Below, in pieces: positions 10,581 through 23,615 of a DNA stretch of 37,847 nt (position 1 is its first letter; each line of letters opens with the position of its first letter). Origin of the DNA: Octopus sinensis (taxonomy: Eukaryota). A model generated the notes under the pieces. That model had not been told where the DNA came from and made no database searches. It saw nothing but the letters and a program-made list of their open reading frames with translations. Location of the stretch: contig NW_021835860.1 of the NCBI RefSeq assembly GCF_006345805.1, positions 1-37,847 on the forward strand, given 5' to 3'. The position numbers and the translations under genes were made by a program.

Positions 10581-11145
10581 CAAAGGGTTCCATAGATAGA
10601 AATGACAGAGCCTCTAACCTAATCGATTATATTCCTCCATCTGATATGTCAACATGTACCTATGTCAGAAAAGCAATATTTACACATGAACAACAACATA
10701 TATTCTGGATGTGCTAGATGAGTTCCAGATATCTGTTAAAGATGGTACATATTCTTAAATTAGTATGATATACTGTGATTGAATTAGAAAACACAAATTA
10801 TTTGAAAGAAAACTAAATGTAAGGAATGGAAGAAGATTTAATTGATGCTGACATATTATTACATGAAGTGAAGATGACAGACATGTAATGATGTGCCAAC
10901 TGATCTAAATGAAAGGAAATTGTAAAATAAACATAGTTTATATTAGATTAGGAATATTTAAAGGGTCCCAGGAAGAAAGATATGATGATAAGTAGTGAAG
11001 AACTATGTCTTCAACGATAACTTGAAGAAATTCTAAAAGGACCAAAAAATTCTGAACAAATTATCAGGTAGATTTTAGAGGCTTTTGTTCTCTCAAATTC
11101 TCCATTTAAATGTTCAGCGTCATTCTTTTTTTTTTAGTTTTCTAG

Positions 11146-11378
11146 TTGTCTAAGGTACCAGGCAGCAGGACTGAACCTGGAGTATCATTATTACAAAACA
11201 AAACTCTTAACCATTCAGCCATAATACATCCATTACTATGTATATGTGCATATTCTTTTATTCATTTATTCTTTTATTTGTTTCAGTCATTTGACTGTAG
11301 CCATGCTGGAGCACCACCTTTAGTCGAACAAATTGACCCCAGGATTTATTCTTTGTAAGCTTAGGACTTATTCTAAGT
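11146..11378 (-). mobile_element. Two SINE family A fragments (head ~11146-11220; tail ~11268-11378)
   Basis: Plus strand shows GGACTGAACCTGG...CTTAACCATTCAGCC (reverse of head) and TTGTTTCAGTCATTTGACTGTAGCCATGCTGGAGCACCACCTTTAGTCGA (reverse of tail). Confidence 0.75.
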
Positions 11379-11714
11379 GTATATGTTTGTGTGTGCGCAG
11401 GGAAACCGTGTCAGCTCTCACCCTGATGTGCACCATATATGCATGTGTTGATTTGAGGTAGGTGTATGCATACTCGTTTGTTTGTGTGTATACATAAGTG
11501 CACTTATGATTGTATCTGTGTGAGGGCTTGTGTGTGCGAGTGAATGATTATATAATAATTCTGGTTTTCTTTTTATCCTCTCTGCCATCCTCAGTATTCT
11601 TTCTTTCATTATTTAACTTTACTAACCTCTGGAGATTTACTTCTTTCTTATAACTGAAGATCTCACCGCCCACCTTTCTAATCTGGCTCCCCTTTCTCTT
11701 CCTTGTCAATATTT

Positions 11715-12055
11715 TTGTTATCGTTGTTGTTGTTGTTGTTGACATCTTCATCGTTGCTCCTCTCACCACCACCACCACCACCACCAACACCACTGCCACT
11801 GAAACCACCATTGCCCCTGCCACCACTGCAAGTACTGCTGCCACAACCATCATTATCTTCAACATCACTACCCCTATCCCCGTCATCATCTTCATTGTCA
11901 TCATCACCATCATCATCATCCTTGCCACTATCATCATCATCATCATCATCAACGGCATCATCATCAACGGCATCATCATCGTCATAATCATCAACGTCGT
12001 CGTCATCATCATCATCATCATCACCATCATCAACAACAACAACATCATCATCATT
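11715..12055. repeat. Compound trinucleotide repeat (GTT)n-(CAC)n-(CAT)n-(CAA)n
   Basis: Direct inspection; gives the poly-Met/Val and poly-Ser/Pro ORFs. Confidence 0.9.
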
Positions 12056-13019
12056 TCCTTATTTTCACTGTTATGAACTAAATATTCTCAACTTCATTTA
12101 TCTGTATTTTATGTTTATTAATGAAAAAAATGTTTAGTTTTTACTGATTTGTTTTTTTACTTTCACCTTTAAAAAGATTTATTCTCTCTCTCTATCTCTC
12201 CACTCTCTTTCTGTCCTTCCCTCTCTCTCTTTCCATATCCTTCTCTCTCTTTGTTTCTCCTTGTTACTCTCTCATCTTTGTCTCATTCTCTCTAAATTCT
12301 ATTAATTATTTTTTTATAGTTTAATATAGTTTTTTAAAAAATCTTATCTATTTATATTTTTATAATTTTACATTTCAACATTACAGTTCTTCATATATAA
12401 TGAAGCTTCACCTCTAAATATGCCTCCTATTTGTCTGTGTAAGCACTTGTGTGTTTATATGTATGTGTTGATGTTGTTGTATGTATGTGTGCAGGCATGC
12501 ATGTGTGTGTATGTGTTTATATAGTTGTGTGCATATGAATATGTGCATCTATATATATATGTTTATATCTGTGTATATGAGTGATAATTTTTATATTTGT
12601 TTGCAGTCTTTCAAACAAATTTAGAATTCTGTATTTTAACTTTAAAACTATAATTTGCATTCCTGAAAAATTCAGAATATAGAAGTGAAGAAATCTGAAA
12701 ATACATTAATTTATAAAAATATGTTTGAATATATTTAATCTTTTTTTTTTTTCTGCAATACATTTAATACTTTTTCTCTTGCCATATTTAATTTCTTTTT
12801 CTGAGTTAGTCTGATTAGTGTTTAGTATTTGGTCAACTATGAATATATAACTATGAAAAAGTATATATACACATACATACATACATATAAATACACACAA
12901 ACATACACATATACAAAAATATAAATATATATACATATACATATATATATATATACATACAAATAGATATACAAACATATATACCTATATATATATATTT
13001 ATATATATATGGATATATA

Positions 13020-13054
<35 letters not shown>

Positions 13055-13784
13055 GGATATGTGAATTTTACATTCAAATTTCTCTGATCTGTAATCTAAT
13101 CATCATACAGTTAGTTTTCTTATTGTTGTGACAAGTTCAAAACTTGGTGTTGTTATTGACATATTTTGTGTGTTGTTTCTGTTGTTTGTTGTTGTTGTTT
13201 TTTTATCCCCTTGTCAAGCATTAGATCAAGCAAACCTTTGATCAAAAGCATTCTAGTTGTAATCACACAGGTCTTCTCTTCAGACATAACATGTCTAAAA
13301 ACTCCACAATCCAATCTCTCTCCATCTCTCTCTCCCCATCTCTCTTTCCTTCTACTCGTTTTCTAAAACCAGTTGGATTCCATTCCAGAGCAACTGGCTG
13401 CTATTTCTAGCAGGTCAAATGAATACATAAATGGTTCCCTCACTAGCTTCATTAGAGGTTTTAAGAGTGGGCAAGCTTTTCTTTAATGCATGTTATTAAA
13501 AACAAAATGTTTTTTTCTTTTTCAATTGCTCAGTAAGAATTCATGAATATAGAATGTTTTGTAAATGGATTTATTCATAGTCTGAAATTATGACCACCAT
13601 TGTTTCACTAAACCCCATTAAAGAAATTAGGCTTTTAACATAAATTCTCTGACGTGTCTTAGCAATTATTCGCATAGGTGAAACAACTCTGGTCATGTAA
13701 GACTATGAATAAACCTCTAACTCTCTCACACCCTCTCTTTCATCTCTCTCTCTTTATATATATACATATATACATATATATATA

Positions 13785-14097
13785 TCATCATCATCATCAT
13801 CGTTTAACGTCCGTTTTCCATGCTGGCATGGGTTGGACGGTTTGACTTGTGTCTGGGAAGCCAGGAGGCTGCACCAAGATCCAGTCTGATCTGGCAGTGT
13901 TTCTACAGCTGGATGCTCTTCCTAACGCCAACCACTCCGTGAGTGTAGTTGGTGTTTTTTACATGCCACCAGCACAGGGGCTAGAGGAGGATGGCAAATG
14001 GCCACGATTGGTTGGTGCTTTTATCTATCACTGATACAGATGCCAGTCAGGTGGCGCTGGCATCTGCCACGTTCGGATGGTACTTTTAATGTGTCAC

Positions 14098-14102
<5 letters not shown>
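13785..14102 (-). mobile_element. RTE-type 3' end fragment with (CAT)n tail on plus
   Basis: (CAT)n CGTTTAACGTCCGTTTTCCATGCTGGCATGGGTTGGACGG...GGATGCTCTTCCTAACGCCAACCACTCCG is the reverse complement of the 2699-3018 family. Confidence 0.85.
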
Positions 14103-14162
<60 letters not shown>

Positions 14163-14184
14163 AATATACATATATGGATATATA

Positions 14185-14475
14185 TATTATATAAAATCTG
14201 TTCTGTCTGTCTGTGTGTGTGTCTTCTAGGATCTCGGGCATCCTCCATTGGATTGTGCTCAAATTTGATATGTAGATACCGATGGCATCAGGGCAGGTAT
14301 AAGTCTTGAAAAAATAGCAAAAATCGATTCCTGGTGAGAATGCGATCGATAAAGCCGTGGGAACGTGTATTTGTACGCGCAAGTACATCAGCTGTTGCAA
14401 TGTACTTACTGGTACTTTAAACTCTTCGGTTGCATATTTGTGTGAATAAAATCGTTTCCCGGTTTCAATGGCGTA
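14185..14475 (+). mobile_element. Probable Helitron/Helentron-like non-autonomous element, 5' portion
   Basis: TATATAAAATCTG, then a (TCTG/TG)n microsatellite, then ATCTC...AAATTTGATATGTAG: the same layout as the Helitron at 28284. CpG-rich relative to the window. No 3' hairpin-CTAG seen; interrupted by a SINE. Confidence 0.4.
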
Positions 14476-14479
14476 TGTG

Positions 14480-14664
14480 TTCCCCTAATGGATGGGATGC
14501 CAGTCCATTGTGGCGTTACTCATTTTTGCCAGCTGAGTGGACTGGAGCAACGTGAAATGAAGTGTTTTGCTCAAGAACACACTGCGTTGCCCGGTCCAGG
14601 AATCGAAACCACAATCTTAAGATCATGATACTGACACCCTAACCACTAATCCACGTGCCTCCAC
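14480..14664 (-). mobile_element. tRNA-derived SINE family B
   Basis: Minus: GTGGAGGCACGTGGATTAGTGGTTAGGGTG...GGTTTCGATTCCTGGACCGGG...GAGCAAAACACTTCATTTCACG...CAATGGACTGGCATCCCATCC. Confidence 0.85.
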
Positions 14665-15583
14665 ACATACATACATATATATATATACATAATCATTATT
14701 GTTTAATGTCTGTTATTTAGCCTCCAGGTTAATCTTTATTGAGTAGACCTATGATCAAATGAATTCCAGCCATGACCCATTTGTTTAAAGGATTTATAGC
14801 AGTACATATATAATCTATTGTGCACTTCTTTCTTTTAATATACTGGTATATTAAAGAGAGATTTAGCCATTATTTCTTCCTGCCTCATTTGATAATGAAA
14901 GGAAGTTCAGAAGTTTTTGAAAATAGTAGAAAGAGCCATGGAAAGAAAATAAGAGAAAGAAGAAAAAATCATTTAGGGAGATTGAGAAATAAGGAATGGG
15001 TAGAATGGGGAGGCAGAATAAAAGGGATGAGATAAAGAAACTGGGGCTTGAAGAATAGATAGGAGAGGGTGAAATGAGAGGATAACTGTATAAAGAACAC
15101 TTCCCCTCCCCTCTTTCATCTGTTGAAAAAAATAGTAATGAATATATACATAAGTAGATAAAAGAAGCTGATATAGAAAATGAGAAAAATGTGAAAGAGA
15201 AAATAGAAAGCAAAGGCGAAAAATAAATGCATGGTATATTCCTGTGTAGAAAAGTTTATAAATAAATAAAATGGAAGTGAAATATTTACAAATTTACCAT
15301 TTCTACTCTAAATGAGAGAATAAAGGAATTACTGAACTGGAATTTTCTTTATAAAGATCAATGAAAGAACAAAAGGAAAATTCTATGTTTATATATTTGA
15401 CATTTAGTTTTAAGTAGGCAAGGATATTAAATACAACTTGTTTGTAGCAGTGATGTTTATAGTTGATGTTGGTTCAGCACAGGTAAAAGACCTGATCAAG
15501 CAGACATATGATCAAAGGCAGTCCAGCTATGACCATTCCATCTGTTTCTAACTTCAGGGGAATAATAAATACATTATCTAATG

Positions 15584-15902
15584 CAATGTTTCCCAACCTA
15601 TTTTTTTCCCCAGGCCTCGCTATAACTTTCCAGAAAAATGTATGCCTCACTGCTTATTGGTGAAACAAAAAACAACTTTATTTTTAATATTTTATCACAA
15701 TTATTTAATACAAAAGAATCTACTGGTTACTCTTTTATTAAGTTCTGAGCGCAAAAAGAAGTACATTATTGACTAAGAAAAATCAGATTTTTACAGTTCC
15801 AAGTCCAACTAAAAACAAAAGATAAATATTTTGGTTTCATGTCCCACCAAAATTTCCCCAAGTCCCACTAGTGGGGCGTGTGTCCCACGTTGGGAATCAC
15901 TG
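15584..15902. mobile_element. hAT-type MITE with 14-bp TIRs and 8-bp TSD
   Basis: TIR CAATGTTTCCCAAC (15584-15597) / GTTGGGAATCACTG (15889-15902), 12/14 complementary. Flanks ATCTAATG (15576-15583) and ATCTAATA (15903-15910), 7/8 identical. Confidence 0.85.
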
Positions 15903-16114
15903 ATCTAATATGTTTATTTCTAAGATGATGAAGGTGTGATTTTAATGAGATTTGGCTGTTATTTCTATTAGATCAACTGACCACATTGATGGAAATGTTG
16001 ATGATATGACCAACATTATGAAATTGGTTAAGCTAATTATGAGGACAATATTGATAAGAATAATGAGAGTTACAGTGACAATGGTGATTATGATATTGAT
16101 AATAATAATAATAA

Positions 16115-16236
16115 TAGAAACACTGCCAAATCAGTCTGGAGCCTGGTGCAGCCTCCTGGCTTCCCAGACTGCGGTCGAACCATCCAACCCATGCTAGCAT
16201 GGAAAACGGATGTTAAACGATGATAATGATGATGAT
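16115..16236 (+). mobile_element. Short RTE-type 3' end
   Basis: GAAACACTGCCAAATCAGTCTGGAGCCTGGTGCAGCC...GGAAAACGGATGTTAAAC(GAT)n. Confidence 0.85.
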
Positions 16237-17467
16237 AAACTTTACCCAAAAAGTATTTGTCAATCTAGAATATGAGAGAAAGAGAGAGAAAGAGAAGTAG
16301 ACAGAAAGAGATAAGTAGGGAGACCTTTGGCCAGGTTGCATTGCATTAGGATTGAACCCTGAGCAACGTAGTTGTACTGCAAACTTTGTAACCATACAGA
16401 CCACAGACCTGCCTGTGATCATTAAACAAATTTTTGTTCATTAAAAATAGTAACTACAGAAATTTAAATGAAACCTTACAATAATACTCCATACTCCATG
16501 TGGCCTCTATGTGGTTGAACAACCAGCTAAAAATAGTAGCCAAATCTCCACAAAATCCCATCCTTACTATCTTAAGTAAAGGATGGACACATTAGACAAT
16601 ATAGTCTTTGATCAATAGTCTACTCAGGGATTACTAATGTCTAAAAGACAACAGCAGCTCAGACAAAGGACTATACAACACATTAGATTTATAAGGCTTA
16701 TCTAAAAATGTGTCCCTAAAATCAGGGCAAACGCACAGCCTGGCTGATATCTATAGCCTGTTTATTGTTTTTATTGTTGTTGTTCAGCTCCAGGTTAATA
16801 CCGCTAGAGTATTATATAATAGTCATTTTAAGAGTAAGGTCAGAGATCTACATTATCTTTGTGTGTCCTTTCCCAACTGAAGATGATAAACTACGAATTG
16901 ATCTCATTATGTGACCAGGAAATTTTAACGCTCTTATATCTTGATATTTTTGTTGCTGTTGTTGCTGTCACTATTGCCATCATCATAGATATTTTTGTTA
17001 TTGTTTAGCACTAGGTCAACTCTGCTCAAGTGGGCAGATAACAACCAAAGGCATTTCCATCCATGCCTATGCCATCAACTATGTTGCCTAATGTATTCAT
17101 TTTCATTTAGGTCAGTGGGGTCTTATTTGAGAAAGATTTGCTTTCTATGTCTAGCAAGTAGAATGACTATGTAAAGACCAAACCCCTTCTACCATCCTTG
17201 TTGACTCTTGAGTCTATTCTTGTAATCCTGATGGTTGAAGTTTTGTCATTTTTCCAAAGTAAATTAGAAAATTACTCTGCTTCAATTCTCTTGAAGTGAG
17301 CCAGTAAATACGTAAACTTTCCGTTTTGTTAACAACAACAGAACATGTTTCTAACAGAGCACTGACTTATGTCAACACATGAATATTTCCAGTTTGAAGT
17401 ACATGAAGAATTGGAGTACACTGAGGCGTGTGAATATACACAAACACACACACACATATATATACTC

Positions 17468-17898
17468 ATTTTTACTCTTTACTCTTTTACTTGTTTCAGT
17501 CATTTGACGGTGGCCATACTGGAGCACCACCTTTAGTTGAGCAAATCGACCCCAGAACTTATTCTTTGTAAGCCTAGTACATATCATATCGGTCTCTTTT
17601 GATGAACTGCTAAGTTACGGGGACGCAAATACACCACCATCGGTTGTCAAGTGATGTTGGGGTGACAAATACAGACACACAAACATACACACACACACAC
17701 ACATGCACCCACATTTATATATATATATATATATACGACGGGCTTCTTTCAGTTTCCGTCTACCAAATCCACTCACAAGGCTTTGGTCGGCCTGAGGCTA
17801 TAGTAGAAGACACTTGCCCAAGGTGCCACGCAGTGGGGCTGAACCCAGAACCATGTGGTTGGGAAGCAAGCTACTTACCACACAGCCACTCCTGTGCC
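17468..17898 (-). mobile_element. SINE family A, full-length
   Basis: Collinear with 5569-5980 from the (CTTTTACT)n tail to the CACAGCCACTCCTGTGCC head. Confidence 0.9.
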
Positions 17899-18039
17899 TA
17901 TATATATATATATATATATATATACTGCATGAACATAATTAGAATAAAAATTTAAATTACACAATCTATATTTGAAAATACATAGAATTTATATCATAAG
18001 TGACTTGAATAAAAATGTATGGCAATATTATAAGCCTTG

Positions 18040-18230
18040 GGTGACAAGCTGGCATAATCCTTTGTACTCTGGGCAAAATACTTTCTGGCATTCTGTCTGT
18101 CTGATTTTCTGAGTTCAAATTCTGCTGATGTTGACTCTGCTTTTTATTATTTCAAGGTCCATAAAATAGCTATCAAATTGAGCACTCTCCCAAAATTGCT
18201 GACATTGTGCCCAAATTTGAAACTAATATT
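18040..18230 (+). mobile_element. SINE family C, decayed
   Basis: AAGCTGGCATAATC...TTCTGAGTTCAAATTCTGCTGATGTTGACT...CCCAAATTTGAAAC aligns to 27700-27918. Confidence 0.7.
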
Positions 18231-21059
18231 ATAACCCTAACTTTTGACAGAACCTTTGGATTTTTATTCACACTGTTTAAGAACATACCAAAAATTGTTT
18301 GAGAGAGACTACGTTTTGCTGTAGAGGCCTGATAAGACTAAAACATATCCAGTGTTACAACCATGTTTCTGAGGGATCATATTCAGTTAATATAAGTCCT
18401 TGAGCTAGTGTTTTCCTTCCTCAACATCCCTATGAATTGCAATTTTAATTAATTAATTAATTAAAATTTCTGAGTTGCTTCCCTTCTGTTTGACTAGATT
18501 TGATTAATGTTAAACAGTGATGCTAATTTTATTTGAAGTCTTTTCTTTTTTCTGATTACATTAAGAATGGTAGTGCTTACTTAATGATATTGGTTTGACA
18601 ATATGTAGCGAGAACAGATTTTGTAGAGTGACACCTTGCAAAACCTCACCTCAACTCTGAGTCAAAGAGAGAGCAATCTATGAATATATAGGCACTGAAT
18701 CTGTGAGAAATAACATCCAAATATTCTTTAAACGATGCTCTACCACCCTAAATAAAGAAAGGACACATTAGATATTGTAGTCTTACATACCCCTAAAAGA
18801 TGTATTGGTCATGTCTGGAATGGTTTTGATCATAGCTCTGTTCAATAAGTTGACCTGGGACTAAATGACAACAAAAACAACATCAACAGCACAACAACAA
18901 TGATGCTTAATTCTAACTGAATTAATTGTTCACAAATCAACAAAGGTTAATCCTGGAAAATTTAAACTGATTTAACTAACTACAAATATTCTTTCTTCAC
19001 ATGATAATTAAACAAATTTGAAAAAAATTAATGTTAATAATAAGTGACATAGGCATTCATTACGTCTGAATGAAGAAATATATCATTCCAAGGGACATGG
19101 CATTACTTATGCAGAAACAAAAACAAAATTTCAAAACATTTTGAACAAGCAAAGACAAAACAGTAGAGAAAATAGTAAGCACACTGAAAGCGTTGATTAA
19201 AAAAAAAATTAAAAGCTCTAACTTAGATGATCCTGTGAGAAAGGGAGATCTAAAAGACCAAGGATTTACGAAATATAAAATTGAACCCCAAAGGTTTTCT
19301 AGATATGTGAAGAAAATTACCTCAAATAATTGCAAAATAAAACAACCCAGTCTATGAAAGATGATATCCTACTCCCCAAAGACGCGATGGGATATGAGAT
19401 CTTGAACATATGACAGTAGATAGCATTCTACTTACTACATTGGCATATAAAATGGTGTTTGAAATGGTAAACATTCAATCCTGCAAGTTTGAATATTTGA
19501 ATCTGCAACTATGAACAATATTGCGATAAAAATAAACATATGCACTATCAAAAATGATAAAAACCAATGCTCTATAGGGAGCCACAGTAATGTCCTTAAG
19601 ACGATTTGAAAAAACTATTGTATTCATTTTTTAAAAACCTCTGTTGAATAAAGTTTTCAATTCCAGGTATAAAAAGTTAGACAAAAGTTTATGCCTGTCT
19701 CCCTTGTCTTGTTGGAGAACAATGGCATAATTTATAGCATTCACTGAAACTATTAAGTGGAATATCCTTCACACAACTTCACAACCGGATTTTAAAATCA
19801 ACTTCTCTCTTGTTCAAAGCCAGATAACATTCACCAAGAACCTTAAAAAAAAACATTCAGCAACTGGTAATCTATGTGATTTATTTATTGGAGAAATTGT
19901 TGCAAAAAGTATGAGTATTAAGTTGTGACCAGCCTGTCATATAAAATAGTGTTCTTTCTAAAAGGTCAATCACCCATACTGAGAAGATTACTATTTGTAA
20001 AAGCTCTCACAGACATATCCTCATCTATCAAAGCAGCAACCTTAACTAGATACATAGTTAACATAAAGATCAAGAAGACAATCGAAAGTCCTATTGACAT
20101 TCAGAACTTATCACATGACATTGGCTCCATGTAAATGTGGACAAGAAGAACAGCAAAAAAAAAAACGAAAAAAAAACCAAGATAGAAAGAAAAACTGAAC
20201 ATGCATTTTATGTAAGAAAATCTCACGTTCTGTATCACCAAATGCCAAATACATTGTAAACTGCTTATGCTGAACATGGGGACACTCTAGTCACAATATT
20301 GGAATATATGAGAAGCTCTGGAGGTTATAATGATCGGTGACATACATCATTTGTTCATGCTTATACTGCTAAACTGACAATAGCAACCTGCATGCAAAAA
20401 AATAACAACAACAGCAACAACAACGAAAACAACTAAAACAAAAATAACAAACAAAACAAATAACAAGGTGCAACTTGAAAATTATATATTTACAAGACCA
20501 AATAACAAAAACGGAAATAAAACCAAACTTAGAAATGAACAAACAAAAGTGTCTTGAGACTGCAGAAAGCACTCATACTCTGATTCTTAGATCTGGCTCT
20601 GTTCTTGTGAGAAGGTATTAAAAAAATCTCAAAGGAAGCCAATAAAGGAGATAGCCTGTCTTGTAGAACATAACGACTCTTGAGAGTAACTATACCTATT
20701 TTTAATATCACGTTGCGGTGCAAAGTAGAAATATATGAAAATATGATTGTACAATGAAAGCTCTACATGGTTGCTTGATCTGCAAGAAATAGCAACCAAA
20801 TCTTCCTGAAATCATACCCAGAAGTTTTTAAATGTTGTAAGATTCAGTGGACAAATGTAGGCTTAAGAGATGCTGCTTGAATAAAAGACATGAAATGTAT
20901 GGCTGGAATGACGTTTGATCATAGATCTGCTTGACCATTGCACTGACCTGTGGCTACATGATTAAACAACATAATGACTGCCAGAAAAAATTTTTTAAAA
21001 GTTCTACTCTCACACAATAGCAAAAAGAATCCTACAAAATCTTTCCATTGAGTACCATT

Positions 21060-21381
21060 ATCTCATTGCAAGACTAATATGTCGATCCTGAACTCTGAAA
21101 CAAGCCCTACTAGAAAGGCCTCATGTTCGCAATCCCTACGTCATTTAAAGGTCTCCCTCCCATCACGAAACCAAATTGTTAGACACGTTTCAAGTTAAAC
21201 TTGGGCAAATTGCTGTGCAAGATTCCAGATGAACCAACAATACCTCATGACACAGAGAGGAGTGGTGGCACCCTCAAACTCCCTCATCCACCAAATACCA
21301 GGATACAACAAAGACTGCAGTGACAGTGATGGCGGTGCTCCAGCATGGCCACAGCCAAGAGTCTGAAAACCAGTACAAGAA
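21060..21381 (+). mobile_element. Decayed non-RTE LINE 3' end (RT C-terminus plus 3' UTR)
   Basis: Across frameshifts reads KGLMFAIPTSFKGL...DTFQVKL(D)KLLCKIPDEPT...[12 protein letters not shown], a decayed form of the KGPxLFNxLP...FKxxLDxxLxxIPDEP...SNSLxHQ LINE C-terminal signature. Followed at 21331 by GGCGGTGCTCCAGCATGGCC. Confidence 0.65.
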
Positions 21382-21402
21382 TATATATTTACATATATAT
21401 AT

Positions 21403-21452
<50 letters not shown>

Positions 21453-21472
21453 ATATAATATATATATATATA

Positions 21473-21527
<55 letters not shown>

Positions 21528-21875
21528 TATGTATATATATATATATATTATATATATATATATATATATATGTATATGCATACACCTGTATATATACATA
21601 CAGATATATATATATATATATGTTTATATATGTATATATATGTACACTTATATTTATAGACTTACATTTATAGATGCTTCATTTATATTTTATGTATATG
21701 TGTAGTATATATGTATGCATATATGTGTATATTTGCTCATATATATATCATGTACTACATACACATTTATATATACAGTACATATATATGTTTATACATG
21801 TGTATATATATGTGTGTGTATATTTTGTATATATATATGTATATATATATATCTATATAATATTTCTATATGTAT

Positions 21876-21946
<71 letters not shown>

Positions 21947-21949
21947 TAT

Positions 21950-22000
<51 letters not shown>
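21382..22000. repeat. Long (TA)n-dominated microsatellite field
   Basis: Direct inspection; source of ORFs 21274-22065. Confidence 0.95.
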
Positions 22001-22002
<2 letters not shown>

Positions 22003-23277
22003 GTTCAAATTCAATTAAGATTTATGAAAGACAAAATAAAACCATCTAAAAGCTTTTTTCCATGAAAATCATATCAACATTTCAATCAACAAAAACAATT
22101 GAACAAAAGCAATATTAATAAAATCTATATGAATATCGATTTTGTTGAGACATTATTGCCAGAATACTGGGTTTTTTTTTGCATTTTCTTTTCTTTCTTT
22201 CTGAACAGATGTCTACATCATTTTTTTTTTTCTTTTCTCTAAACGTTTGAAGAAATTCATTTGAAATTCTTCATCAACACAGCATTTAACAATAAAATTA
22301 GATATACTCACTGTCTAAGAACAAAAAAAGAAGAAACAAAAAAAAAAAAAATATAGAAACTACCAAAATTGGTTTGGATCAAGTTAGGGTAGTAGCAATA
22401 ATGTTTGTTGCTATATTTTTTTCAATATTCTTAAAGATATGTATTTCTAATGATATTTCTCGGGCTCTCTTATTCATAAGAAAATAGTACCTGTAAACTA
22501 TACAAAGAAAAAAATTATTAAGCCAGAACATCATGTATAGCCTACATATTTAACTGTTCACTACTATCTCTGTTTCTGGGATACAACCTTTCAGTTTTAA
22601 AGTGATTCTAATTTAAAATCTCTCATAATTATCATTTTGTTTTAACATTTTAAATTCCAAATACTTGCTTAATCCTTTCTACTAAAGAGACAAGGCCTGA
22701 AATTTGGTTTGCTGCCTTATACTAGTTTAATAATAATAACAGTATGGATTTTTGTCAGTGAACAGGTCACGGTCTCAAAGCGAGGAAAATATTTTGACAA
22801 ATTAAATTTAAATGTTGAAGTGAATCTAACGGATTTTGTGTGTTTCTTAAATGGCTTATAAACACCTTCCATGCTGCAATTGTTTTCGTTCCAGCACACG
22901 ATCTCAGATCAGGTCACTTGCTATGCAAGTACATCTCTATAACAATAATAATAATAACATTTTCTACATTCTTCATAATTTCCAAAATTAATTGAAACTA
23001 GGACATGTATTTCAGCAGAAACCTGGCAGCAAAGTGGTTAATGCTTTTTGAAATAGTCAGGATTTCTGGTCAGTTTAATTTATTTTGGCTGCTAAATCTG
23101 AAGATTTGTACTTATCTACCAAAGAAATTATTATTTCCCTGTAATTGTGTCCAGTAGAATGGTTAAGCTATTTATCTATTCTGAGATTAAATCTTCTGCA
23201 AGTGATATATGCACTTAAAGTAAAATATGACAAATCATTAATTCAACTGAGTTAATTACATCATCTTTAGAGATGAT

Positions 23278-23278
23278 G

Positions 23279-23336
<58 letters not shown>

Positions 23337-23348
23337 TAATAATAATAA
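23278..23348. repeat. (AAT)n microsatellite, possibly the tail of the adjacent minus-strand SINE
   Basis: Near-perfect AAT run directly abutting 23349-23599. Confidence 0.9.
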
Positions 23349-23599
23349 TGGTTTGACATTTTGGCACTAGACCATCAATTCTGAGAGATGGGTAAGTTGA
23401 TTACATTGACCAGTGTTCAACTGGTACTTATTTTATTAACCCCTAAAGGATGACAGGCAAAGTCAACCATGGCAGATTTATTGACCTTGTAAGGATGAAA
23501 GTAGACCTCAGTAGAATTTGAACTCAGAATGTAAGGATAGACGAAATGCCACTAAGCTTTTTGTCTGATGTGCTAACGATTCTACCAGCTTGCCACCTT
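23349..23599 (-). mobile_element. SINE family C
   Basis: Plus strand AGAATTTGAACTCAGAATG...CTAACGATTCTACCAGCTTGCCACC is the reverse complement of the family C head. Confidence 0.8.
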
Positions 23600-23615
23600 A
23601 ATAATAATAATAATA

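Larger units (their letters stand above)
13190..20975. repeat. Dispersed old repeat family F, eight fragments: ~13190-13440, 14692-14790, 15460-15990, 16500-16620, 16770-16880, 16990-17175, 18710-18900, 20760-20975
   Basis: Recurring motifs GACCTATGATCAAAGGCATTCCAGCCATGACC, ACATTATC(C/T)AATGTGTCC and GATTTGGCTGCTATTTCTAG with (GTT/AAC)n ends, in both orientations. The span is the envelope of the fragments, not one element. Confidence 0.65.

Noticed and set aside
11548-12054. Poly-Met/Val and poly-Ser/Pro ORFs
   Set aside because: Compound trinucleotide microsatellite; no domain or splice context.
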